Shown here: in pieces, positions 37,913 to 49,519 of the stretch | Layout: every line of letters starts with the position of its first letter | Numbering within the stretch: position 1 is the stretch's first letter | Assembly (NCBI GenBank): GCA_964016885.1 | Contig: OZ024741.1 | Coordinates: forward strand, 197,408,001-197,472,000 | Length of the DNA: 64,000 nt | Reading direction: 5' to 3' | Source: Eledone cirrhosa | Taxonomy: Eukaryota | Translations under genes and position numbers: made by a program | Notes under the pieces: generated by a model | What the model was told of the DNA's origin: nothing | Seen by the model: the letters and a program-made list of their open reading frames with translations, nothing else | Databases searched by the model: none

Positions 37913-38986
37913 TAGGCAAAATAAATACATAAATAATGTTAGTTATATGAGAAAAAATAATGAAATAAGCCGGAGGAAAGAAAAAGATGAAGTAAAAGAG
38001 TAAGATATAACGGGATAGAAAAATATCTTTGAATTCAAAGACTCTAAGAGTAAAATCCATTCATATATTTGTATTATAAAGAGCAAAAGAAAATGAGGTG
38101 GTGAGAATACGAGAGAACGAAAGAACGAGATATTAACAAGGAAGAAAAAAAACCATCGTCGAGCTAAAAATATTCTCAGAATACTGTTTAGTTATTAAAA
38201 AAAAAAAACAATTTGCAAAGAGATGACACAAAGAAAGAGAAAAAGAAAGAGAGAACGAACGAAATACCATCAAAAGTTAAAAAAAGGAGATTTAAAAAAT
38301 GACAAAGAAAGTCAGTGTGTAAACGAGAGAAGAGTCTCGTTGAAATTCAAAATATGGCGGATATATTTTGAAATAGCGCAGCAAACATTTCATTTTGTGT
38401 AAGTAATTATAAAGAATGTCTGATCTTAGCTTTAAGCACTGCTAATGTGTGTGTGTGTGTGTGTGCACGTGCGTGTGCACTCGTCCCCTTGTATACACAT
38501 ATACATACACCCTAGCGTGGGTGTGCGCATATCTCTGTCTACAGCCAATCATCAATTCATGGTAGGTTTGAAGTGGCGGCAGTTGTTATTACACAAATAC
38601 ATGCGCGACATGCCATGAGCTTTACTGGTCCGTTTTTATGGCGGTCCAAGTCATGTGACACACAGAGCGTTGGTTTAACCAAGCAAATAGTACAACTTTC
38701 ATCTCTTAAACACATAAACTCTTTTTCTCTTCCATTCTCATTCTCATTCTACATGTGTATTGGATCATATATATCATCATATTTATCATTCACCTTTTCT
38801 ATATTTTAGTTTGTTAATAACACGGTTACATACACACATATATTATCAACCCCGCTCTCTGTCTCTCTCGATATATATATATATATAGAGAGAGAGAGAG
38901 GGATATATATATATATATATATATATATCGTTTTAAAACGATGGTCTTGTTTTTTGGATATGTCACTATTTATAAAACATCTTTTG

Positions 38987-39047
38987 TATTTTATCTGATG
39001 AGAGGGTACCAAAATTTTGGTACCCTTGAAATATATATAATAAAATA
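38987..39047 (+). ncRNA. minimal type I hammerhead ribozyme in a short insert between (TA)n arrays
   Basis: tattttat CTGATGA gagggtaccaaaattttggtaccctt GAAA TATATA TA ataaaata: 8-bp stem I, long stem II, palindromic stem III; distal pairing tttataaaac/gttttataaa. Confidence 0.85.
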
Positions 39048-39090
39048 AATATGGTTTTATAAAGATAGTTTCCATTTATTAATATCATTG

Positions 39091-39206
39091 ATATATATAT
39101 ACTGTATATATATATACTGTATATATATATACTGTATATATATATACTGTATATATATATACTGTATATATATATACTGTATATATATATACTGTATATA
39201 TATATA

Positions 39207-39297
<91 letters not shown>
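39091..39297. repeat. 8 x 15-bp minisatellite (atatatatatactgt) followed by (TA)n
   Basis: Directly visible. Confidence 0.95.
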
Positions 39298-39302
<5 letters not shown>

Positions 39303-40020
39303 AAATATGAGAATAAACGTGCTGCGGGGTTGCTAATGGGTTACATATGAATAAAGTTAGTCCTTCATCAGTGATCTTCCAACCATCATTGGTATTTCAT
39401 CGCTTTAAAGACCATATACCTCCGGTTGGTGCGAGCAACGGCTAAAAAAAGTCGTTGGGACACGTAAATAAAGGGGACACGAGTGTAAACAAACAAAATG
39501 GTGAAGCAACGAAAAGTGAGGAAGAAGGAGTCAAGTCCCAAATTTTTATGAATTTAAATTCGGTGAAATCGTGAACGAGAGAGAATAAAGACCATCAAAC
39601 CTGGTTGGAATGTAAGCAAGGAAGGAATTCCGTACAGGTCTAACGGGAGGAAGAAGGGATCTAGTCTATGAATTCGGTGAACGTAAGTTCTGTGAAATCG
39701 TAGACGAGAGAGAGAGAAAAAAAGCGACCTGCCAGACCAAGGGTGCGAAAGAAAAGAATTACGCACAGGTCAAACAGGAAGAAGGAGGAGGAGGAGGAGA
39801 GGTAGTAACAGAGAATGAGTGAGTGAAGGGTGAGGAAGAGGCTAACAGAGAGAGTGACTGCTAGAGAGGGTAAAGATACAGAGAAAGAGGAAGCAGTAAG
39901 AACGAAATAGATGTGTAACAGCGGGGGAAAAAATATGTGTAAATATGAGAATAAACGTGCTGCGGGGTTGCTAATGGGTTACATATGAATAAAGTTAGTC
40001 CTTCATCAGTGATCTTCCAA
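39294..40020 (-). mobile_element. element with about 89-bp terminal direct repeats (pLTR-like)
   Basis: Identical repeats at 39294-39382 and 39932-40020, containing CTGATGAAGGAC on the minus strand, around a purine-rich interior. Confidence 0.55.
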
Positions 40021-40212
40021 AGGAACGAGTAGGACCCCGACGGCTGAGCTCAAGCCGTTTCGACGGCTAATTCTGGACCAGAATTAGCCGTCGAAACGGC
40101 TTGAGCTCAGCCATCGGAGTCCTACTCGTTCCTATTACCCACTCTACTACCCTAAGTATTGAGTACTTTGGTGCGTTATGGTCCACCTGGTTCCTTACCA
40201 CATTTCTTCCGT

Positions 40213-40213
<1 letters not shown>
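40021..40213 (+). mobile_element. hairpin-plus-tail element (113-bp palindrome + 80-bp tail) ending in (TA)n
   Basis: Palindrome 40021-40133 centred at 40077; tail homologous to 42851-42930 in reverse. Confidence 0.8.
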
Positions 40214-40237
<24 letters not shown>

Positions 40238-40245
<8 letters not shown>

Positions 40246-40342
40246 AGATGAAATCGAAAATGCAACTGGAGTCTTATTTTTAAAAATATATATATATTTT
40301 TAAAAATAAGACTCCAGTTGCATTTTCGATTTCATCTTTTTT
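40238..40342. repeat. palindrome centred on a (TA)n tract
   Basis: aaaaaagatgaaatcgaaaatgcaactggagtcttatttttaaaaa(TA)n tttttaaaaataagactccagttgcattttcgatttcatctttttt. Confidence 0.9.
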
Positions 40343-41733
40343 TCTTTATACTTTCACTCGTGTAGGACACCTCGGATATTTTTCATTTTGTAAAAAAACC
40401 TCACTTTCTAATATATATATATATAATAGTAATAAACGAAAGATATATACTTTATATCATCTCTATTTATTTTATTATATATATTTCGAAGATGCAAAGT
40501 TTTATGTATAACATAAACCCAAACATGTCCTTTTCAGACAAATACAAATGAGATGCATACTTTTTTCATAATATGCTGTTAGACAAACGATGCTGGTATT
40601 TTTTATTTTTTATTTTTCGAAGGGTTGAGATTTATAACGGCATTAATTTCGAAATTTAACTTATTTCGATTTTCCCGCCAGTACCGTCCCGTGATGAACT
40701 ACAAGTCATTCTTTCTTCCTCCTGTGACGTCACTACCTACTGCCACCTTTATAGGTTTGAGGTAGTAAACGACAATTCACACCAAGAGAAGAGAGGATAC
40801 CCTCAGCTTATCACAGCTTTCACCATGCGCTGACAAAACACTTGCACTATTTCGGCAGGTATAGTTGCACTTATCTTGCCACTACAGCCAACGGATTGCA
40901 CCATACACCTGTTGCTGCAGTGTGTATTTGCAGAAACCCAGCATGGATCCAGGACTTTTTTTTCGTGCAACATCTCCATTACAAATATATATTTTGTTAG
41001 CACTCCGTATGTTGTTCGATCGTATGTGCGATCTAGGCATGCTTTATTGAGTGAGTAATTGTGAGTAGCCAGACTACGGAAAACCTTTTCCCCTATCGCC
41101 ATAGTATACATAATATATATATAGTAATAATAATAAATTTGAAGACTAAAATCCAAAGAGGGCTCGATAAGGATAAGTATATATCAAATATATAAGAACC
41201 ATAGAGCAGCGATTCTTTGCTTTAACTTTCTTTAATAACATTCTTTAATAACATCTAACTCTTATTTATCACATCTATATGAATTAATATAAATTTATCC
41301 CTATAAGTAAACCTATCAATTAAATTAATTTAATTTCTTGTTATAGATCTAAACACCTTGTGTTTTAAATAAGATTGGTATTTCTCACTAACACATTTAC
41401 CCTAAAATTTTATTCTCCTTCGATTTTAGCATTAGCATTATTCTTTAATAACATCAAATTTTCGTGTACCTTTCACTGGCTTGACCTCTTTTCATCCCCA
41501 AAGTAATCTTTTCATTCAAAGTATTCTTTCTATTCAAAACTTAAGTCTGCATTCCTCTACCCCTAAATTAAATTTCTACTACTACTATTCTATCAACCAA
41601 TTACTACTTTTGACCAATTGACCAATTACTACTTTTCTATTGGTCAATTCAAAACCTGTTCCCAAACAGACCTATTATATTAAATCTTTGTTGGTTTTTT
41701 TCAATAAACAAATATCATTATTTCTGAAGACAG

Positions 41734-41915
41734 GTGGATTGTCAGTATCGGTAGAGGGTCGGACGCCATGCTTTGAAGCATAGAGTTACGTCCCTTTACG
41801 ATCTGAGTTCAAATCCCGCCGAGGCTGACTTTGCCTTTCATCCTTACGGGGTCGATGAAATAAAGTACCAGTAATGCACTGGGTAATTGCTGGCCTTGTG
41901 CCTAAATTAGAAACA
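41734..41915 (+). mobile_element. SINE with 17-bp TSD
   Basis: attatttctgaagacag at 41717-41733 and 41916-41932. Confidence 0.92.
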
Positions 41916-42213
41916 ATTATTTCTGAAGACAGCATATATATGTGTAGGTATTTATATTTCCTCTGATAGTTTGTATAATTTTACATACCAACGCACACAT
42001 ATATATCCTAGAAACGATCGTAAAATGATGAATTTTTTAATATAAGGAACTGTTTCTTTGTTTTTATTCATTGTTTTTATTAATTTATCTTGACTCTGTT
42101 TTCCTGTGATGTTCATCGAAAAAATTTTTGAATACATCTTCTTTGATGATATTTGGATTACATTGATTTCTTCATACGGATTGGACACTACCGTATATTT
42201 TGGTAGATTTATC

Positions 42214-42258
<45 letters not shown>

Positions 42259-42850
42259 ATTATTCTGTAATTTATATTTCGGCTCTGTAAAAACATCTGA
42301 TGTATTTACATTGAGCTATTTTTCTCACTGGTAATAATGTAGTAATGAATTACTGACCTTTCCAGTTTATAATTATATATAGTGTATATATAAGTATAAA
42401 TAATAATATTATTATTATTATTGGAAATAACACGTGACAACTAAATATACGATTAGCTGCAGCTAGCGGCAACATTTAGCATCTCGCCCGGTTCTTTGGT
42501 AGAACGAAAACCTATTGATGAATTGAATCCTCTGTTCGATCATGAATACCACGCGCTTGCCAGTTACGTAAGTCTGATATTTGATTTCGGATTCATAGAA
42601 ACACTTTAAGCGTATAACGTTTGATTTGTCCAGGTGTATTTTTTCTCAACCTGTTAGTTCTTGTTACTTTGGTATTGTGTGTTAGATTTTGCCTACCACA
42701 ATGTTCCATTTGTCAAGCTATTTAAACGTATGTTATTACTCTAGGGACCTACCTTGTGGAGTGCTTTGCTAACTCATTCATATAGTAGGTCGAATTTGCT
42801 TGCACACCGCCAAAGATTCGATTTTACTAAGCATCCAATTATATATATAT

Positions 42851-43045
42851 AACAAAGAGGGTGGGGTAAGATACCAGGTGGACCATAACGCACAAGAGTA
42901 CTCGATACTTGGGGTAGTAGAGTGGGTAATATGAAAAGGTTCAGGCCCCCGACGGCTGAGCTCCGACCGTTTCGACAGCTAGATCCGAATTGTTTGGATC
43001 TAGCTGTCGAAACGGTCGGAGCTCAGCCGTAGGGGTCCTGAATAT

Positions 43046-43053
<8 letters not shown>
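42851..43053 (-). mobile_element. hairpin-plus-tail element between (TA)n tracts, same family as 40021-40213
   Basis: Palindrome 42929-43053 centred near 42991; tail gtaagataccaggtggaccataacgcac...gtagtagagtgggtaat. Confidence 0.8.
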
Positions 43054-43124
<71 letters not shown>

Positions 43125-43254
43125 CTTAATAAGAACATGCTACCTCGTTCGCCTCTGAATCAAGAACAAAAACATGAACACATTTTTTCTTCTCTGTTTT
43201 TCTTTGTTTGTTTCCTTAAAGTTTACCTTCCTTTCATTGGTATACATCTATTAC

Positions 43255-43323
43255 GCAATGTACACCGGAAGATATCACCAGGCTCTTACGTAGCCTGGCC
43301 ACTGAAATGTGCATAGTGTTTGC
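43255..43323 (+). ncRNA. degenerate type I hammerhead
   Basis: gcaa..acac CGGAAGA ...ccaggct-cttacgt-agcctgg... GAAA TGTGCA TA gtgt.tgc: one core substitution; stem III one base from palindromic TGCGCA. Confidence 0.6.
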
Positions 43324-43374
43324 ATAAATAAATATTTAAGGAAATTCAACATTTTTGGCCTCTTGTTATTTTAC

Positions 43375-43534
<160 letters not shown>

Positions 43535-43578
43535 ATTAAAAATTATTCATGTTATTCAGTCCAGATTGTTCATGTTAG

Positions 43579-43900
43579 TCAGTCTGGAGCTTTGTAATTA
43601 CGTAATAGGTGTTTCCAGATGTGTTGGCAACGCGAAAAAAGCTCATTCCTTGAATTTAGACAAGCGCTATTACGCTCTCTCAGGATATTGATTCTTTCTT
43701 CAATGCACAGCCCACAAAACGGATTCCCATTTCCGTCCATCCAATGGAAAGAATTGGATGGATTACAGGTCCTTTTAGGGCTCTTTCGAAGCTCAAGCAT
43801 TTATAGATTATGGTGCCCCCACTCTTTGTAAAGTTTTCGAAATATTTTGAATAAAATAATCTCCCTCTTCCTTTAATGCCCTAAGCACGTGCTTATTTTG
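43579..43900 (-). pseudogene. Penelope-like element GIY-YIG endonuclease C-terminal relic
   Basis: CGLCIEERINIL...LNSRNELFSRCQH..KHLL resembles the PLE C-terminal CxLCxxE...LNxRxEL..xCxH motif. Confidence 0.7.
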
Positions 43901-44530
43901 CTTAATGGTTAATCCAGCCCTGTCTTGAACCGATACTTTATTAACTTCTCCAGATATTCTTCAGCACAGTGAGATAAACTAGGCCAATATTTTAATACTT
44001 TATTGCTTTATGGTGAAATGCTTTAACCTAACAAAAGCTAAGCCTAAAATAAACTTTTTTTTTTATTAATAGCAAAATATTATATCTTAACAGAAAATAT
44101 TGCTTAAAATTTGGGCAAAGAAAGAGAAACAAGTAAAATAAAATGTTTTGAGGAAGAGATCAATTGAAACGTTAATTACATAAACCATTTTGTACGCTTG
44201 TATACGCATGCGTGTATTTGTGTGTATAAAAGTGAGAGAATAAAGGGAAGGGGAGAAACCAACGATAGACAGTTTGATTGAAAAATTAATTACTTGAGAT
44301 TTTGCCGATAACATAAGGTCAGATTTGTAGATTTTACGATAACAGCCATTGATGTTGATAGCGGTAGTTTATATTTTAATGCTGGCTGGAAAACACTTTA
44401 GATTTCAGAGGTCAGTAGAGTATAATAGACAGAAAGTTAAGGAAAATTAAATATATATCTTTTCAAAATTAAATATAGTTAATATCTCTTGTATTGAAAG
44501 GACACGTACACACACACGCTCACACGCACG

Positions 44531-44600
<70 letters not shown>

Positions 44601-44602
<2 letters not shown>

Positions 44603-44936
44603 GTAGGAGGTGAGTTTTATTGTAGTACAATAAAGCAATGCAGATATCGGGTAAGAAGCACTCTACAGTTTGTAGGACTGGAGTATACATAATATATAAG
44701 AACAGAAGATGGTTAAAGGAGTTCCATGTATTTTATTATGCGCATTTCAAAAACAAACATCATCATGCAATAATATGTTGATTTAAAACTGCACTATCCA
44801 CAAGTGTTTTTTAGCCTTCATATCATGTCCTCCTGTTTTATCTGATGAAAACACAAATATTATTGCATGATGATGTTTGTTTTTGAAATGCGCATAATAA
44901 AATACATGGAACTCCTTTAACCATCTTCTGTTCTTA

Positions 44937-44945
<9 letters not shown>
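44601..44945. mobile_element. tail + fold-back hammerhead element in (TA)n, left arm partly deleted
   Basis: Homologous to 59996-60419; arms 44689-44776 and about 44858-44945. Confidence 0.88.
44834..44904 (+). ncRNA. minimal type I hammerhead ribozyme
   Basis: tgttttat CTGATGA aaacacaaatattattgcatgatgatgtttgttttt GAAA TGCGCA TA ataaaata. Confidence 0.85.
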
Positions 44946-45029
<84 letters not shown>

Positions 45030-45054
45030 AAATAGCTATTTACCGAAGATATTT

Positions 45055-45098
<44 letters not shown>

Positions 45099-45561
45099 AA
45101 ATAGCTTCGGTAAATTATGGGTTCCGTCAAATATTACAACTCAATGTACTCCCACACTCACCATGCAAAATGGTTCGCCATGGACAAGAATAAATTCTGT
45201 TGATTTGATCTGAAAGGCAAAGATGACATCGGTAGCATTTGAACTCAGAGCGCAGAGAGCTGGAGCAAATACCACATAGCATAATATCCGATTCTCTAAC
45301 GAACCTACTAATTACCTTTATATATAAATACACAACTCGACAGAAATCGAATTGAGGACGATTATGTCCTGAAAAACCTCGCTTGCTTAATATCAATATA
45401 GTGGGTTGATTTACGTTATAGTAATTTTTTAGTGAAATGTGTTTTCGTAGCTGAGTAATTGTATTTCGTATAGTGTGATTTGGTTAGTTAAAGTTTATTG
45501 TATTCCTTTACTTTTACTTTGTTGTTAGGTGGGGTTATAAGAAAAAAAAAATATATATATA

Positions 45562-45947
45562 TACTGGAGCAACGTGAAGTGAAGTTTTTGCTCAAGAACA
45601 CAACACGCAACACCCAGGAATCGAACCAACGACATTGTGATCGTAAAACACACTCTTACCACTAGGCCACGTGGCCTAGTAATAAGGGTGTTGGACTTAC
45701 GATCGTGGGTTCGATACCTCGGTTGCGTGTTGTGTTCTTGAGCAAGACACTTCATTTCACGTTGCTCCAGTATACTCAGCCGAATACCAGCTGAAAATGA
45801 GTACCAACAATTGCAAGGGTTTAACCCTGCGATGGACTGGCGTCCTGTCCAGGGGATGGTTTCTTGTACTCTCAGTCGCTTCACGCCATGAAACCGGGAT
45901 AAGCACCGGCCAAATGAGCCTTCTGGCTTAAGACAGACTTTAAACTT
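45562..45947 (+). mobile_element. tRNA-derived SINE (45671-45947) with a head-to-head inverted partner (45562-45670)
   Basis: A box gtggcctagt, B box gggttcgatacc, central aaccctgcgatggactggcgtcctgtccagggg; perfect palindrome actaggccacgtggcctagt at the junction. Confidence 0.8.
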
Positions 45948-46385
45948 TTATATATATAGTATGTTCAAACAGAAGCTAAGTACGAGCAACCAGTGATCAT
46001 GACGACATTAGTTTCTGTTGGAACAGACTAGATGGCGCTATGCTATCAGTTTTCCTAATTCATAGCGGACGGCTTTCAAAATGTTTATTTATAAACATAA
46101 CGTATGTCGCCAAATATACAACTTCATGTATTTCAAAGCTATTTTAGAGTTAATGCCCTTATTTATATATAAACCTGTGGGCCACGTTCCAACCTCAGCA
46201 GGATTCGCCCCATATTGAGTCGAAGCAATTTGAACGTCTGATGTGAGAAAAGCGTCATGATTATCTATCGTTAGCTATACATTCCATCTTCGGACGCCAC
46301 ACCTATCGAATGGGACATTGTCGTTAGTCTATAGAAACGGCCTAAACCTATTTAATGGTTTAATTAAAATCATTGTTAATCTTCC

Positions 46386-46460
<75 letters not shown>

Positions 46461-46589
46461 TTGCGAGGTTTTTTGATATGTTGGTCAGTCAATGATAAAG
46501 CTTTGAGGACCAAATGAATTAACTGTTGATTTGTACTTCATGTTCATATATATATATGTCAACATGAATGGACCTGTTATTTTTATCTA

Positions 46590-46767
46590 CAGACATTTTT
46601 TCCAATTCCAACCCGCCCGTCCCCTCACTCTATCTTATTTCTCATTCTTTCTTCTGATGAAGGACTAGCGTCCCAAACGCTAAGACCCTCTTCCTGCTAT
46701 ATCAAGCATTAACCTAATATATCCCTTCCATATACGGTACCGACTGTGTTGTTATTTCTGTTTACCT

Positions 46768-46772
<5 letters not shown>
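46590..46772 (+). mobile_element. Penelope-like terminal repeat relic with a mutated hammerhead core
   Basis: CTGATGA a-ggac-tagc-gtcc cAAAC gcta aga (46654-46685). Its tail gtaccga.tgtgttgttatttctgtttaccttttaca recurs at 61584-61620 beside a GIY-YIG relic. Confidence 0.55.
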
Positions 46773-46799
<27 letters not shown>

Positions 46800-46836
46800 C
46801 ATACATACACACACACACATATATATATATATACAG

Positions 46837-46905
<69 letters not shown>

Positions 46906-47061
46906 GTATGTATGTGTGTGTGTGTGTGAGTGTGTATAAATGTTTAATGCTCATATTTATCTATGTAAGAGTGTATATAGGTGTACGTATGGATGCGCGC
47001 ATGTAGGTTTATATGCATGTGTATGTATGTATATTTGTATATATATTAGTTCAAGTATATA

Positions 47062-47093
<32 letters not shown>

Positions 47094-47332
47094 AGTATGT
47101 TATTTCAAGTATCACATCGAAGCCGAAGCTGCAATAGAGCAACAACAGTCAAATTATTTGAGGTAGTCCCTGAGCTCTCAATGATGCGATTAATGAATTC
47201 ATTCTAGTATAAGGAAATGTCTCTCCATATTACTAGAATGCGCAACCTCGAAATAGTGCCTTTTCAGATCAAATCAAACATATAGCCATCTCTACGGGCT
47301 CGAGAAACTCCGGAAAATATTATGGGTTAATA

Positions 47333-47521
47333 ATGGGCGGTGGATTGGCAGTATGGGTAGAGAGTCGGACACCATGCTTTGAAGCATAGAGTTACGTCCC
47401 TTTATCATCTGAGTTCAAATCCCGCCGAGGTTAACTTTGCCTTTCATCCTTACGGGGTCGATAAAATAAAGTACCAGTAATGTACTGGGTAATTGCTGGC
47501 CTTGTGTCTAAAATAGAAACA
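47333..47521 (+). mobile_element. SINE with 14-bp TSD
   Basis: attatgggttaata at 47319-47332 and 47522-47535. Confidence 0.92.
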
Positions 47522-47584
47522 ATTATGGGTTAATACAGTTTAAATCTTAATGTCAAGAACAATTTAGCTAAAGAACTCATTAAT

Positions 47585-47654
47585 TGTTTCTACTTTAGGC
47601 ACAAGGCCAGCAATTACTCAGTGCATTACTGGTACTTTATTTTATCGACCCCGT
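47585..47654 (-). mobile_element. 5'-truncated SINE with 14-bp TSD
   Basis: aagaactcattaat at 47571-47584 and 47655-47668. Confidence 0.85.
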
Positions 47655-47894
47655 AAGAACTCATTAATACACTCTCATTCGACTTGCCTATGTGGCACAG
47701 ATGCCATCAAATCTTCAATACAAGGCACTCAAAATTAGGTAGTTTTATTGCAACACAGAAATAAAAATGGAGATTTAAAATTTAACACCTCTCATGGTTA
47801 TTTTATATAACAAAAATAAGTTGAAGTAGTTTTCAACCAGAGTAATTCTTACAGAAGTTAACATTCACTCCTGAAATACGACAGACAACAAAGA

Positions 47895-47937
<43 letters not shown>

Positions 47938-48087
47938 CAATATCGGAGAAAGCTTTTTAGCGATACTCCAACAAAATTCCAACTCACTCAACAAACATTA
48001 GGAAATAAGTGATTATTTTCCCAATTATGCGTTCGGGGTGCTAACTAAAAGTATTGCGTGGAAAATTGGCTGTATTATTTCATATGA

Positions 48088-48273
48088 AAGGGCGGTGGAT
48101 TGGCAGTATCGGTAGAGGGTCGGACGCCATGCTTTCCAGCATAGTTACGTCCCTTTACCATCTGAGTTCAAATCCCGCCGAGGTTGACTTTGCCTTTCAT
48201 CCTTACGGGGTCGATAAAATAAAGTACCAGTAATGCACTGGTAATTGCTGGCCTTGTGCCTAAAGTAGAAACA
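48088..48273 (+). mobile_element. SINE with 14-bp TSD
   Basis: attatttcatatga at 48074-48087 and 48274-48287. Confidence 0.92.
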
Positions 48274-48674
48274 ATTATTTCATATGAGATATATCGAATA
48301 TATCTCTTCCCTTATATATATATATATATATCCACACACATATATGTGTACATACACACATACATACACATATACATATGTCACCAGAAAGTAAAGGGCT
48401 GTAACTAAATGCCGAAAAACATTTAATCTGACGCTCTAACGATTCTGCCATTCCGCCAATTGAAAATAATGATGGAAACAAGCAAGAAAAACATTCTGGA
48501 TAATTACAATAACATTTCTTTAGGTTTCATTTAATTAAAGGGATTTATGAACTGCCTAATTAGCTAATCAGTGAATTATATAGACATGAAAACAAAGTGG
48601 AATACTACAGAAGACAATAGTTATTGATATAGAATAATAAGTCAGACGATGGAGTCTAGTTTATATAAGGCTAA

Positions 48675-48880
48675 TGATTTCTAACATAAGTACAAAGCCA
48701 GAAATTTGGGGGTAAGGGAAAGTCGATTATATCGATCTTAGTACTTGACTGTTACTTTATTTTATATCCCTCGGACAGATGAAAGGCGAAGTTGACCTCG
48801 GCGGGATTTGAACCCAGAATGTAAAACGTCGCAACAAATATTGCTAAGGCCTTGCCCGGTGCTTTAACATCTCTACAAAT
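48675..48880 (-). mobile_element. diverged SINE
   Basis: gatgaaaggcgaagttgacctcggcgggatttgaacccagaatgtaaa. Confidence 0.75.
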
Positions 48881-49099
48881 CAACTGTTCTATATTGGGTA
48901 CCATTAATGAAAACCAATGCATCTACTCAAAATTCCGTTACAATAACAATTTTAATTGGAACTGAAGGACAGAAATAAAATACATCTGTTGCTTAGCAAC
49001 TAAGAATATTTACTTATTGTTATGGGTATATTCTATGTGTCTAATGTCTATTTATGTCATAGTAATGTCCGAGTGGACTATAACAAGGTGCCAGACTCC

Positions 49100-49260
<161 letters not shown>

Positions 49261-49519
49261 GGCTGTGTGTGTATATGTGTGTATATGTGTGTATGTGTGT
49301 ATGTGTGCATATGTGTGTGTAACAAACGCAAACGATTAATGTTTATAATGGCTATTTGATTTAATCAATTTATATCATGTCTGCATAACGTCTGTCTCGT
49401 CTGTGTATAAGTTGATATGTAAAGTTCTCTTACTGGTTCATATATAACAAACAAAAAAAGACTTCTGTTTTTTTAGATACGACTCCAATTAAATCCTTGT
49501 TATTTTGAAGCTTGCCAGA

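Noticed and set aside
39091-39210. Regular repeat array resembling CRISPR
   Set aside because: Identical 15-bp tandem units with no unique spacers; eukaryotic minisatellite
41721-41932. Two CTGAAGA motifs
   Set aside because: They are the SINE target-site duplication, with no hammerhead stems
47333-47430. tRNA gene-like A/B boxes
   Set aside because: SINE heads with family body and TSDs; no complete cloverleaf
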